DNA from: Geotalea uraniireducens Rf4
Lineage (GTDB): Bacteria > Desulfobacterota > Desulfuromonadia > Geobacterales > Geobacteraceae
Reading direction: 5' to 3'
DNA length: 32,000 bases
Assembly (NCBI RefSeq): GCF_000016745.1
Contig: NC_009483.1
Span: 900,001-932,000, forward strand
Shown here in pieces: positions 1 to 9,450 of the stretch. Below the pieces are notes generated by a model. The model saw nothing but the letters and a program-made list of their open reading frames with translations, was not told the DNA's origin and searched no databases. The translations under genes were made by a program, and so were the position numbers. Positions within the stretch are counted from its first letter, which is position 1, and each line of letters starts with the position of its first letter.

Positions 1-1086
1 CGTTACTTCGAGCCGCTGACCGGCGGCGTCAACCGCACGATTACCACCCGGATCTATCAATTGTTCGCTGTATATCCGCTGCTTGCCACACTGCTGGACC
101 TGTCCGACCTCGTCAGTTGGGATATATCGTTTTCACTGGCGTTGCAGCTGGTCATGGTCGTGGTTTGCTGGTTTGCCATCCTCATCTGCTCTCCCCGTTT
201 CAAAACATCCGCTCCCCGTGACGCGGCCCTGATCAGGGCCGCGTTCATCCCGCTGTTCATCGCCGGTCTGTTCGATGCCGCCACCGGTCTGCAACTGATC
301 GGTTCCGGCCCCCTGTTATATCCATGGGGATTGCTCGTCCTGATGTGTGTGCTGTTCTATCGCGTCCTGGCGCTCGACCGGGAGGAGAGGGAAGCGGCCC
401 GCCTCTCCCTGGAAAAGTCGCGGCGCGCCGAGGAGACGGCAATCGACGAGGAGCGGCGGCGCATCGCCCGTGATATCCATGACGGCGTGGCCCAGGACCT
501 GGCCATGATGAATATGCGCGCCAGTGTCTGGGAGCATCTGGTTCATTCCAACCGGGAAAAGATGACCGAAGAAATCAAGCTGTTCCGGAAGCTTCTGCAC
601 AAAAACATCGGCGAGGTGCGCCGGGCGATCTTTGCCATGAGGCCGGTGGAGCTGGATGAACTCGGCTTTAGCGAGGCTGTCGGGCGCTACGTCAAGGAAT
701 TCGGGCAGTACACCGGTCTGCGGATCGACCTGGAAATGGCGGGGGATATAGCCATGCCGCGTCAACTGGAATTGGAACTCTACCGGATCATTCAGGAGAG
801 TCTCAATAATATCGCCAAGCACGCCGGGGCAACCGAGGCAGGTGTCAGGATAAGCGATGACGTCGCCGGCTGTTTGACCGTCTCCATCGCAGACAACGGC
901 AAAGGCTTCGATCTGTCAGCTCTGGCGCAGAGTCCGCGTCTGGGGCTCAGGCAGATGAAGGAACGGGTGGAGCGCCGCAACGGAACCTTCCTGATCGACA
1001 GCGGGCCGGGCCGGGGTGCCGCCATCACCATCTGTTTTCCCATCACTATTACCGCCGATGAAGGCATGACACCGCTTTCCACCTGA
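1..1086 (+). CDS. Sensor histidine kinase, HisKA_3 (NarX/DegS/LiaS-like) class; 5' end outside window
   Basis: Frame 1 is open from nt 1 with no stop before the ttg at 61, so the gene is truncated by the window edge. Hydrophobic N-terminal segments are followed by H-box IARDIHDGVAQDL, N-box IIQESLNNIAKHAGA, G1 DNGKGF and G2 GLRQMKERV...GPGRG. Stop TGA at 1084-1086. Confidence 0.85.
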   Translation, partial: RYFEPLTGGVNRTITTRIYQLFAVYPLLATLLDLSDLVSWDISFSLALQLVMVVVCWFAILICSPRFKTSAPRDAALIRAAFIPLFIAGLFDAATGLQLIGSGPLLYPWGLLVLMCVLFYRVLALDREEREAARLSLEKSRRAEETAIDEERRRIARDIHDGVAQDLAMMNMRASVWEHLVHSNREKMTEEIKLFRKLLHKNIGEVRRAIFAMRPVELDELGFSEAVGRYVKEFGQYTGLRIDLEMAGDIAMPRQLELELYRIIQESLNNIAKHAGATEAGVRISDDVAGCLTVSIADNGKGFDLSALAQSPRLGLRQMKERVERRNGTFLIDSGPGRGAAITICFPITITADEGMTPLST

Positions 1087-1115
1087 ATCACCTCTATAGC
1101 TATTCCATTCAAACA

Positions 1116-1148
1116 AGACCTTCGAGGTTTTAGAAACCTCGAAGGTCT
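1116..1148. repeat. Perfect palindromic stem-loop (14-15 bp stem), REP-like or terminator-like, 30 nt after the kinase stop
   Basis: agaccttcgaggtt (1116-1129) is the exact reverse complement of aacctcgaaggtct (1135-1148), with loop ttaga. No U-tract follows, so it is not a canonical intrinsic terminator. Confidence 0.6.
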
Positions 1149-1362
1149 GCCGCATTATCGAATAATTTAATTTGCAACAAGGGTAATTATACTGCGATCG
1201 GCGGGAGTTTTGACTCTTGCCAGCTTTTTTGCGGACATTTAATAATGTTACAGACACTTCCCGTACCATGGAGCATCCCCTGTTTTCCTTACATGGGGGA
1301 GCGGCCTCACAAACCGACCCGGCAAAGATTCGATCAAATATTCACACCAAGGAGCGCCAGCC

Positions 1363-4300
1363 ATGAAAACAATACGCCTGATCCTCATGACCTGCCTAAC
1401 CGCCGTCACCCTGCTCGCCCCCCTTTCCGGCGCGGCCTTTGCCGCCTGCACCGACCCCGCCGGCCCCAGCGTGGACTGGACTAGCTGTAACAAGTCCGGT
1501 GCCGACCTGCACGGCCTGGACCTGACCAGCGCCATCCTGACCAGCGCCATCCTGACCAGCGCCAACCTGACCAACGCCAACCTGACCAACGCCAACCTGA
1601 ACGGCGCTAACCTGTACAACGCCGACTTGACCGGCGCCACCCTGACCGGCGCCATTTTCACTGCAAACAACCTGGACGTTGCGCAGTTGTACGGCGTCGT
1701 CGGCCTGACCGAAACCCAACTGCTCGCCTATGCCGCGAACAACAAGTATGTAGCCTTAAACTGCTACGGCACCGTGTGCGGTCCCAATCTGTACAAGGTT
1801 CGAATGAAAAATCTCAACCTGAGCGGCTTCAACCTGAGCGGCATGAATTTTTCCCATGCGTTTTTAGAGGAAAACTGCAACCTGAGCGGAGCCAACCTGA
1901 CTGGCGCCAAATTTTCAAACATTTGGGTGATGACCGGCGTCAACCTGAGCAATGCCCAAGGGGTTACCCCGGGAATGTTCGCCGACTTTGTTACAGCAAT
2001 GAATACCTATCACGGGTTCACATTCTCCGGCTTCAACCTCTCCGGCCTGAATGTGTCCGGCTTTGATTTTACGGGCGTGGACCTGAGCAATGTCAACCTG
2101 AGCAACGTGACCGGCCTGACCAGCGCCCAGTTGCGCAGCGCCTTCAGCATCCAGGGGATGAACCTGTCCGGGGTGAACCTGACCGGCTTTGATTTTTCCG
2201 GCCTGAACCTGACCAACGTCAACCTGAGCAATACCACCGGGCTCACCAGTGCCCAGTTGTTCAGCGCAACCAGCTTCCAGGGGGTAAACCTGTCCGGGGT
2301 CGATCTGTCCGGCTTTGATTTTTCGGGCAAGGACCTGACCAACGTCAACCTGAGCAACACCACCATCAGCAGCGCCCAGTTGCGTAGCGCCACCAGCATC
2401 CAGGGGGTGAACCTGTCCGGCCTGAATGTGTCCGGCTTTGATTTTACGGGCGTGGACCTGAGCAATGTCAACCTGAGCAACGTGACCGGCCTGACCAGCG
2501 CCCAGTTGCGCAGCGCCTCCAGCATCCAGGGGGTGAACCTGTCCGGGCTGAACCTGAGCGTCTTTGATTTTTCGGGCAAGGACCTGACCAACATCAACCT
2601 GAGCAACGTGACCGGACTGACCAGCGACCAGTTGCGCAGCGCCACCAGCATCCAGGGGGTGAACCTGACCGGGGTGAGCCTGACCGGCTTTGATTTTTCG
2701 GGCCTGAACCTGACCAACGTCAACCTGGGCAACACCAACATTAGCAGCGCCCAGTTGCTCAGCGCCTCCAGCATCCAGGGGGCCAACCTGTCCGGGCTGA
2801 ACCTGTCCGGGTTAGACCTGCACGGCCTGAACCTGACCGGCGCCACCTTCACCGGCGCCAACCTGGCCAATGCCAATCTGAGCAACGTGATCGGACTGAC
2901 CGATGCCCAGTTGCGCAGCGCGAGCAACATGCAGGGGGTGAACCTGTCCGGGGTGAACCTGACCGGTTTTGATTTTTCGGGGCTGAACCTGACCAACGTC
3001 AACCTGAGCGGCACGAACGTCACCCCCACCCAGTTGAGCCAAGCCACCAGTCTCCTGGGGGTCAACCTGAGCGGACTGACCCTGCCCAATTTCGATATGA
3101 GGAACCTGAACCTGACCGGGGTCAACCTGAGCAACACCAACCTGACCGGCGTGGCGAGTACCAACGCCAACACCATCCTGGCCGGGGTCAACCTGAGCGG
3201 CTCGAACATCACCAGCGCCCAGTTCAACGCCGCCTCCGGCAATCTCGCGGGGATCAACCTGTCCGGGTTGAACCTGGCCGGGTTCATTTTCTCGGGCAAG
3301 GACCTGACCGGGGCCAACCTGAGCAACGCGACGAACGTAGACAGCGCCCAGCTCACTGGCGCGGCCAGCCTCCAGGGGGCAAACCTGACCGGGTTGAGCT
3401 TTGCCGGCGGCACTCTTGCAGGCGCCAATCTGACCGGGATCAACCTGTCAAACGTCGACCTGACCAACGTCAACCTGACCGGCACGAACCTGACCAACGC
3501 CACCCTGACCAACGCCACTTTCACCGGCGCCACCCTGACCAGCGCCACCTTCACCGGCAGCACCCTGACCGTGGCCCAGTTGCTGGCCGCCTCGGCCGCC
3601 GGCCTGCAAGGGGTGAACCTGTCCGGGCTGAACCTGAGCGGCATCGACCTGAGCGGCAAAAACCTCTCCAACGCCGTCCTGACCGGGACGAACCTGACCA
3701 ACGCCACCCTGGCCACCGTCAACCTGACCGGCGCGAACCTGACAAACGCCACCCTGACCGGGGCGGCCTTTAACGGCGGCACCAACCTGACCGGCGCTAC
3801 CCTGACCAGCGCCACCCTGACCGGCGCAACCGGGTTGACCAGCGCCGTGCTGGCGGCCGCATCCACCGCCATGTCCGGCATCAACCTGAGCGGACAGAAT
3901 CTGGGCAGCATCGACCTGAGCGGCAAAAACCTGAGCAATGCCAATCTCGGCAATGCCGGCCTGACCAGCGCCAACCTGAACAACGCCAACCTGACCGGCG
4001 CCAATCTGAGCGGCGCGGACTTGACGCTAGCCACGCTGACCGGGGCCAACATGGCCAGCGCCATCCTGACCGGCGCGACCGGGCTGACCTATGCCCAGCT
4101 CGCCTCGGCCGCAAACCTGCACGGCATCAACCTGTCGAACAGGACCCTGGCCGACCTGCATGGCCTGGACCTGACCGGCGCCAGCCTGTTGAACGCCAAC
4201 CTGGCCAACGCCGATCTGAGCAATACCAACCTGACCAACGCCAACCTGACGGGCGCCATCCTGTCCGGCGCCACCCTGACCGGCGCCACCCTGGCCAATG

Positions 4301-4938
4301 CCATACTGACCGGCGTAACCGGGCTGAACGCCATCAACTTCAGCGCCGGGGCCCACGGCAGCATCAGCGGCACGGCGTTCCAGCAGGTGGCCCCCGGCGG
4401 CTCCACCACGGCGGTGACGGCGGTGCCCAACGCCGGGTATCACTTCATTGCCTGGGTCGATGCCGCCAACAACGTGCTCTCCACGGTTCTTACGCACTCC
4501 GTGTCCAACGTCACGGTCAGCAACACGCTCATCGCCCTGTTTGTCGCCAATGACAACACCGTCACCAGCATCATCCAAGACCCGGCCACGCCGGCTACCC
4601 TCTTTGCCGGGCTGGACGGGGCAGGGGTCTACAAGAGCACCAACAGCGGCGCAAACTGGAACGTCGCCTCCACCCAGCCGGCCAATCTGCGGGTCAAAGC
4701 GCTGGCCGCCAAGGATTCCAACAACCTGTACGCGGCGGGTTACGGGAGCGGGGTATTGAAGAGCACGGACAGCGGCGCTACCTGGACCGCCTGCGCTAAC
4801 ACCAATCTTACGAACCTGAATGTGAAATCACTGACCATGGATGCCGCCGGCAAGCTCTACGCCGGCACCGAGGCGGGGATTTTCGTCAGCACGGATGGCT
4901 GCGGGACGTGGACGGCACAGAGCGCGGGGCTGCCGTAA
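1363..4938 (+). CDS. Secreted giant pentapeptide-repeat protein with C-terminal InlB-B-repeat-like segment and three Asp-box (BNR) motifs
   Basis: RBS AAGGAG at 1349-1354, 8 nt before the ATG. Signal peptide MKTIRLILMTCLTAVTLLAPLSGAAFA. About 900 aa of A(N/D)LxG-type pentapeptide repeats. Segment ...PNAGYHFIAWVD...LIALF resembles a divergent InlB B-repeat. SxDxGxTW-like motifs at 4635-4658, 4762-4785 and 4888-4911. Confidence 0.9.
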   Translation: MKTIRLILMTCLTAVTLLAPLSGAAFAACTDPAGPSVDWTSCNKSGADLHGLDLTSAILTSAILTSANLTNANLTNANLNGANLYNADLTGATLTGAIFTANNLDVAQLYGVVGLTETQLLAYAANNKYVALNCYGTVCGPNLYKVRMKNLNLSGFNLSGMNFSHAFLEENCNLSGANLTGAKFSNIWVMTGVNLSNAQGVTPGMFADFVTAMNTYHGFTFSGFNLSGLNVSGFDFTGVDLSNVNLSNVTGLTSAQLRSAFSIQGMNLSGVNLTGFDFSGLNLTNVNLSNTTGLTSAQLFSATSFQGVNLSGVDLSGFDFSGKDLTNVNLSNTTISSAQLRSATSIQGVNLSGLNVSGFDFTGVDLSNVNLSNVTGLTSAQLRSASSIQGVNLSGLNLSVFDFSGKDLTNINLSNVTGLTSDQLRSATSIQGVNLTGVSLTGFDFSGLNLTNVNLGNTNISSAQLLSASSIQGANLSGLNLSGLDLHGLNLTGATFTGANLANANLSNVIGLTDAQLRSASNMQGVNLSGVNLTGFDFSGLNLTNVNLSGTNVTPTQLSQATSLLGVNLSGLTLPNFDMRNLNLTGVNLSNTNLTGVASTNANTILAGVNLSGSNITSAQFNAASGNLAGINLSGLNLAGFIFSGKDLTGANLSNATNVDSAQLTGAASLQGANLTGLSFAGGTLAGANLTGINLSNVDLTNVNLTGTNLTNATLTNATFTGATLTSATFTGSTLTVAQLLAASAAGLQGVNLSGLNLSGIDLSGKNLSNAVLTGTNLTNATLATVNLTGANLTNATLTGAAFNGGTNLTGATLTSATLTGATGLTSAVLAAASTAMSGINLSGQNLGSIDLSGKNLSNANLGNAGLTSANLNNANLTGANLSGADLTLATLTGANMASAILTGATGLTYAQLASAANLHGINLSNRTLADLHGLDLTGASLLNANLANADLSNTNLTNANLTGAILSGATLTGATLANAILTGVTGLNAINFSAGAHGSISGTAFQQVAPGGSTTAVTAVPNAGYHFIAWVDAANNVLSTVLTHSVSNVTVSNTLIALFVANDNTVTSIIQDPATPATLFAGLDGAGVYKSTNSGANWNVASTQPANLRVKALAAKDSNNLYAAGYGSGVLKSTDSGATWTACANTNLTNLNVKSLTMDAAGKLYAGTEAGIFVSTDGCGTWTAQSAGLP
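2029..3057 (+). repeat. In-frame tandem array of about 8 units of 123-126 nt (41-42 aa) inside the pentapeptide gene
   Basis: Unit consensus GVNLSGLNLSGFDFSG.DLTNVNLSNVTGLTSAQLRSA.SIQ repeats about 8 times. Positions 2041-2143 are 103/103 identical to 2416-2518, an offset of 375 nt or three units. Confidence 0.85.
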
Positions 4939-4945
4939 CTGCAAC

Positions 4946-5057
4946 GGCAAATCCCCCCTGGCCCCCCTTTCTTAAAGGGGGGTAAACTCTACCTTTATTA
5001 AGGTGGGGGAATGTAAAACCTCCCCCTTTGACAAAGGGGGATTGAGGGGGATTTGCC
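4946..5057. repeat. Composite G/C-run structured element: 12-bp outer stem enclosing three hairpins (cloverleaf-like topology)
   Basis: Outer stem ggcaaatccccc (4946-4957) pairs with gggggatttgcc (5046-5057). Inner hairpins are ccccccttt/aaagggggg (4962-4970/4974-4982), acctt/aaggt (4991-4995/5000-5004) and tcccccttt/aaaggggga (5021-5029/5033-5041). It lies between the stop at 4938 and the next start at 5116. Confidence 0.6.
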
Positions 5058-5115
5058 TTTCAACCTTCACCAACGACACCATCACATATCACCGCAATAA
5101 ATGGAGAACACCACC

Positions 5116-8100
5116 ATGAGGCAACTCGCACTCATAATCATAACCTGCTTGACGGTCCTGATGCCGTGCCAGGCCCGTGCCGCCACCCCCTACAACCAGT
5201 GGAACGGAACCGGCCCCATCTCTCCGGTTACGGGCGACCGGAGCATCGGCGCCCTGCTGGTGAGGAGCGACGGCATCCTGTTCAGCGGCAACGGCAGCGG
5301 CACGGTGTTCAGCTACGAAAGCAAGGCTCCTGATGCCGCCACCGGTGGCGCCAACGCCGTGCCCGGCACGTCGGCCACTTTGAGCGCCACTGTCAACGCC
5401 AATAACGCCGCCACCACGATCACGTTCCAGTACGGCACAACCACCGGGTACGGTAACAGCGCAACCGCGACGCAGTCGCCGCTTGCGGGCTCCACCGCAA
5501 CGGAGGTCACCGCGAGCATCAGCGGCCTGACCAACGGCGCGACCTATCATTACCGGGTGGCGGCCACCAGCAGCGCGGGCGCCGCCTACGGCGCGGACCA
5601 GGCCTTCACGGCCGGACAGGCCATGGCCGTGGTCACCCTGGGCAACCTGGCATTCACCTACAACGGCGCCCCCAAGTCCACCACGGTCACCACCAGCCCG
5701 TCCGGCCTGGCCGTGACCATAACGTACAACGGTTCCACGACCCCGCCGGCCAGCGGCGGCAGCTACACCGTGACGGCCACCGTCAACGACGCCAACTACC
5801 AGGGGAGCGCTACCGGCACCCTGGTCATCGCCAAGGCAAACGCCACGGTCACCCTGACCCCGGCCAGCCTGAGCGCCACTTACGACGGCGCCCCCAAGGC
5901 CGCGGCAGCGACCACCAGCCCGCCCGGCCTGGCGGCCGGCTTTACCTATGACGGCTCCGCCTCGGCCTCGGCCAGCGCCGGCAGTCACGCTGTGGTGGCC
6001 ACCATCAGCGACACCAACTACCAGGGCACAACCAGCGGCACCCTTGTCATCGCCAAGGCGAACCAGGCCATCACCTTTGCCACCTTGCCGGTCAAGACCT
6101 ACGGCGACGCCGACTTCGGAGCGGGCGCCACTGTCTCGTCCGGCCTGCCCCTGACCTACAGCAGCGACAACGAAGCGGTTGCCACCGTAGCCGCCGATGG
6201 CCAGATCCATATCGTCGCGGCAGGGGGCGCTACCATCACCGCCACCCAGGCCGGTGACGCCAACTACAACGCCGCATCGGCGCAAACACTGGCTCTCACG
6301 GTCAGTAAAGCCACCATCACCGTAACCGCCGACAACAAGAGCCGCGCCTACGGCGCTACCGATCCGGTCTTCACCGCCACCTACAGCGGCTTTGTCAAAG
6401 GAGAAGGGGCAACCGTTATCACCGGCACCTCAAGCTTCACCACCAGCGCCACCGCCGCCAGTCCGCAGGGGAGCTACAGTATCACCCCGGTTGTATCCGG
6501 CCTCACCGCCGCCAACTACACCTTTGCCGCCGCCAACGGCACCCTGGCGGTAGGACTGGTCAGCCAGACCATCACCTTCAACCCGCTGCCCGCTAAAACC
6601 TACGGCGACGCTACATTTACCCTTGCCGCCTCCGGCGGCATCTCCGGCAACAGCCTCACCTACAGCAGCAGCGATACCAGCGTAGCCGCGATCAGCGGCG
6701 CCACCGTCACCATCGTCGGCTCAGGAACAACCACCATCACCGCCGATCAAACCGGCACAACAGGAGCATACGCCACTGCCACCGCCCAGCAGAGTCTGAC
6801 GGTCAACAAAACAACCATCACCGTCACCGCCAACAGCGCAACCAGACAATACAACAGTGCTAACCCGGCGCTAACCGCCAGCTACAGCGGCTTTGTCAAT
6901 AATGAGGATGCCACGGTCATCAGCGGCACACCAACCGTAACCACCACCGCCACCCCGGCAAGCCCGGTGGGGAGCTATCCTGTCACCGTTGCCCTCGGTA
7001 CCCTGACAGCAGTCAATTACGACTTTACCTTTGTGAGTGGCACCCTCGGTGTCGGTCTGGCCAGCCAAGCCATCACCTTTGCGCCACCGGGCAGCAAAAC
7101 CTACGGTGACGCCACTTTTGAGTTGAATGCCTTCGGCGGCGCTTCCGGCAATCCGGTCACTTTCATCAGCAGCAACGAAGCGGTCGCCACGGTCAGCGGC
7201 GCTACCGTCATCATCATCGGCGCGGGAACCTCCACCATCACCGCCAGCCAGGCGGGCAACAGCAACTACGCCTCGGCCACCGCCCAGCAGACCCTGACGG
7301 TAGGCAAGGCACCGCTCACCGTAACTGCTCAGAATGCCAGTAGAGCGTACGGCGAAGCAAACCCGGCCTTCACCGCTGCCTTCAGCGGCTTCGTCAACAA
7401 CGAGGACTCCACGGTTCTGCAAGGCGCACCGAGCTTCACCACCAGCGCCGACGCCGCCAGCGCACCGGGGAACTATCCGATCACAGTAGCGATAGGGAAC
7501 CTGTTCTCCAATAACTACAGCTTCAGCTATGTCAACGGTACGCTGGTGATCGGCAAGGCAACCCCGGTCATCATCTGGAACACCCCGGCAGCCATCACCG
7601 CCGGAACCGCGCTCTCCATCAGCCAACTGAACGCCAGCGCCGGCGTTGCGGGCAGCTTTGCCTACACCCCCGTCGCCGGAACAATATTGAGCGCCGGAAG
7701 TCACACCCTCTCGGTCAGTTTCACACCGAACGACGGCAACTATAGCAGCGCCAGCGCTTCGGTGAGCATTACGGTCAACGCCGCGCCGGTCATCTCCGAT
7801 ACCACTGCTCCGACGATGGACGCTTTCACCATCCCGGTGAGCGCACACAGCCTGACCATCCCTATCACCAGCTTCACCGCCAGCGACGCCAACGGCGTCA
7901 TCGGTTACCTGGTGAGTGAAAATGCCAGCCAGCCTACTACAGATGCGGTCTGGAGCGCCACTGCGCCTGTTGAATACACCTTCAGCTCGCAAGGCAGCAA
8001 AACGCTCTACGCCTTTGCAAAAGACGCGGCGGGCAATGTCTCGGTGCCGCTCTCCGCCAGCGTCACCATCACGCTGCCTGACACCACCGTACCGACTGTC

Positions 8101-9435
8101 ACCAACTTCACCATTCCAGATACTGCTGCCAGTCTCATTGTACCGGTAACCAACTTTGACGGGGGCGACGACACTGCTATCACCACCTGGTTGCTGAGTG
8201 AGACGGCAACAGCTATGGCGGGCGACAGCAGGTGGAGTGCCACAAAACCGTCTGACTACACCTTTGGCGGTCAAGGGACTAAAACCCTTTACGCCTTTGC
8301 TAAGGATGTAGCGGGTAACGTCTCGGCACCGCTGTCCGCCACAGTTGTTATCACGCTTCTCGACACGACCGCGCCAACTGTTGACGCCGTCACCATTCCG
8401 GCCACCGCATCGAGCCTGACCGTTGCTCTCAATGCCATCAGCGCAACCGACACCAGCGGCGTCACCGGCTATTTCATCAGCGAATCGGCCACCCCGCCCG
8501 CCGCCGATGCCACCGGCTGGAGCGCAACCGCTCCAACCAGCTACACCTTTGCTTCACAAGGTAACAAAACACTCTACATCTTTGCCAAAGATGCGGCCGG
8601 CAACGTATCGCTTCCGGTCACCGCTTCCGTCACCATAACGCTCTCCGATACCACTGCGCCGAGCGTCACCAGCTTCACCATCCCGGCCACCTCCGCCAGC
8701 CTCACCGTCGCAGTCACCAGCTTCACCGCCAGTGACGACACCGCCGTCACCGGCTACCTGCTCAGTGAAACTGCCACCGCCACGGCAGGCAGCGGCAACT
8801 GGACGGTTACGTCGACCAGTTCATACACCTTTGCCACCGCCGGAGCCAAAACGCTCTACGCCTTTGCCAAAGACGCGGCGGGCAATATATCCGCAGCAGC
8901 CACGGCAGCGGTAGTCATCACGCTGCCCGACACCACCGCGCCGGTGGTATCAGGCTTCACCGTAACAGGCAGCGCAACCAGCCTGACCGTGGCCGTAACA
9001 AACTTCTCGGCCAACGATGACACCGCCGTTACCGGCTATATCATCAGCGAAAGCGCCGTAGCGCCTGCTGCCGCGGCAAGCGGCTGGACATCCACGCCGC
9101 CGGCCTCATACACCTTTGCCACCGGAGGCAGCAAAACGCTCTACGCCTACGCCAAAGACGCGGCGGGCAACGTCTCGACATCTGCCGCAGCAACCGTCAC
9201 CGTCTCCACCGTTCTGCGCAACGGCAACGGCGGCAGCGGCACCGACCCAACCATAGCCGATGCCTTGAAAGCATTGCAGGCGTACCTCGGCCTGGTGACG
9301 TTAAGCAGCGACGACCAGATCCGCTACGACGTCGCGCCGCTCTCCAGCAGCGGCGTACCTGAAGGGAACGGTGTGGTTGATTTTTCTGATGCCATAATAA
9401 TCTTGAGGAGAAGTATCGGAATCGGCAGTTGGTAG
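5116..9435 (+). CDS. Giant exported surface protein: Fn3-like domain, MBG(YDG)-type and Ig-like repeats, 5 x 94-aa repeats, C-terminal dockerin-like module
   Basis: ATG 5116 follows GGAGA at 5103-5107; ATG 5101 is an alternative start. Signal peptide MRQLALIIITCLTVLMPCQARA. TITFQYG...TYHYRV Fn3-like domain. Repeated motifs ...TYDGAPK... and ITVTADNKSRAYG...NYTF..ANGTL (MBG-like) alternate with KTYGDA.F...LTYSSS...VATV..ATVTIVG.GTTTITA.QAG..NY (Ig-like). C-terminus ADALKALQAYLGL...YDVAPL...NGVVDFSDAIIILRRSIGI is dockerin-like. Confidence 0.9.
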   Translation: MRQLALIIITCLTVLMPCQARAATPYNQWNGTGPISPVTGDRSIGALLVRSDGILFSGNGSGTVFSYESKAPDAATGGANAVPGTSATLSATVNANNAATTITFQYGTTTGYGNSATATQSPLAGSTATEVTASISGLTNGATYHYRVAATSSAGAAYGADQAFTAGQAMAVVTLGNLAFTYNGAPKSTTVTTSPSGLAVTITYNGSTTPPASGGSYTVTATVNDANYQGSATGTLVIAKANATVTLTPASLSATYDGAPKAAAATTSPPGLAAGFTYDGSASASASAGSHAVVATISDTNYQGTTSGTLVIAKANQAITFATLPVKTYGDADFGAGATVSSGLPLTYSSDNEAVATVAADGQIHIVAAGGATITATQAGDANYNAASAQTLALTVSKATITVTADNKSRAYGATDPVFTATYSGFVKGEGATVITGTSSFTTSATAASPQGSYSITPVVSGLTAANYTFAAANGTLAVGLVSQTITFNPLPAKTYGDATFTLAASGGISGNSLTYSSSDTSVAAISGATVTIVGSGTTTITADQTGTTGAYATATAQQSLTVNKTTITVTANSATRQYNSANPALTASYSGFVNNEDATVISGTPTVTTTATPASPVGSYPVTVALGTLTAVNYDFTFVSGTLGVGLASQAITFAPPGSKTYGDATFELNAFGGASGNPVTFISSNEAVATVSGATVIIIGAGTSTITASQAGNSNYASATAQQTLTVGKAPLTVTAQNASRAYGEANPAFTAAFSGFVNNEDSTVLQGAPSFTTSADAASAPGNYPITVAIGNLFSNNYSFSYVNGTLVIGKATPVIIWNTPAAITAGTALSISQLNASAGVAGSFAYTPVAGTILSAGSHTLSVSFTPNDGNYSSASASVSITVNAAPVISDTTAPTMDAFTIPVSAHSLTIPITSFTASDANGVIGYLVSENASQPTTDAVWSATAPVEYTFSSQGSKTLYAFAKDAAGNVSVPLSASVTITLPDTTVPTVTNFTIPDTAASLIVPVTNFDGGDDTAITTWLLSETATAMAGDSRWSATKPSDYTFGGQGTKTLYAFAKDVAGNVSAPLSATVVITLLDTTAPTVDAVTIPATASSLTVALNAISATDTSGVTGYFISESATPPAADATGWSATAPTSYTFASQGNKTLYIFAKDAAGNVSLPVTASVTITLSDTTAPSVTSFTIPATSASLTVAVTSFTASDDTAVTGYLLSETATATAGSGNWTVTSTSSYTFATAGAKTLYAFAKDAAGNISAAATAAVVITLPDTTAPVVSGFTVTGSATSLTVAVTNFSANDDTAVTGYIISESAVAPAAAASGWTSTPPASYTFATGGSKTLYAYAKDAAGNVSTSAAATVTVSTVLRNGNGGSGTDPTIADALKALQAYLGLVTLSSDDQIRYDVAPLSSSGVPEGNGVVDFSDAIIILRRSIGIGSW
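7798..9207 (+). repeat. Five in-frame tandem repeats of 282-285 nt (94-95 aa) within the 5116-9435 gene
   Basis: Units start with DTT(A/V)P codons at 7798, 8080, 8362, 8647 and 8929. Each contains ...FT(I/V)P...SLTV.VT.F.A.DD.AVTGY..SE.A......W......YTF...G.KTLYAFAKDAAGNVS... Confidence 0.85.
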
Positions 9436-9450
9436 GAATGCAATCTTAAC

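Noticed and set aside
1205-1235. Possible sigma54 promoter (TTGCCAGCTTTTTTGC) upstream of the pentapeptide gene
   Set aside because: It lacks the invariant GG of the -24 element (TGGCAC), so only the TTGC part matches.
2010-4064. 684-aa ORF on the minus strand, plus other antisense ORFs between 1248 and 4578
   Set aside because: It is a mirror image of the pentapeptide-repeat coding frame. The product is low-complexity (LAPVRLALVR...). It has no RBS or start context and lies wholly inside a much better supported + strand gene.
1500-4300. Extreme density of N-x-S/T sequons (NLS, NLT, NVS, NVT) as a possible N-glycosylation substrate
   Set aside because: The pentapeptide consensus A(N/D)L(S/T)x generates these sequons automatically. 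The acidic -2 residue of the PglB-type extended sequon is generally absent, and no glycosyltransferase gene lies in the window.
1500-4300. Regular short DNA periodicity that could be mistaken for a CRISPR array
   Set aside because: The repeats are in-frame and coding, the units are contiguous without unique spacers, and no cas genes or leader are present.
5089-8274. Long minus-strand ORFs (5089-6285, 398 aa; 6871-8274, 467 aa) opposite the 5116-9435 gene
   Set aside because: These are Gly/Arg/Ala-rich shadow ORFs typical of high-GC antisense frames. They show no domain signatures and are nested in a gene with clear repeats and a signal peptide.
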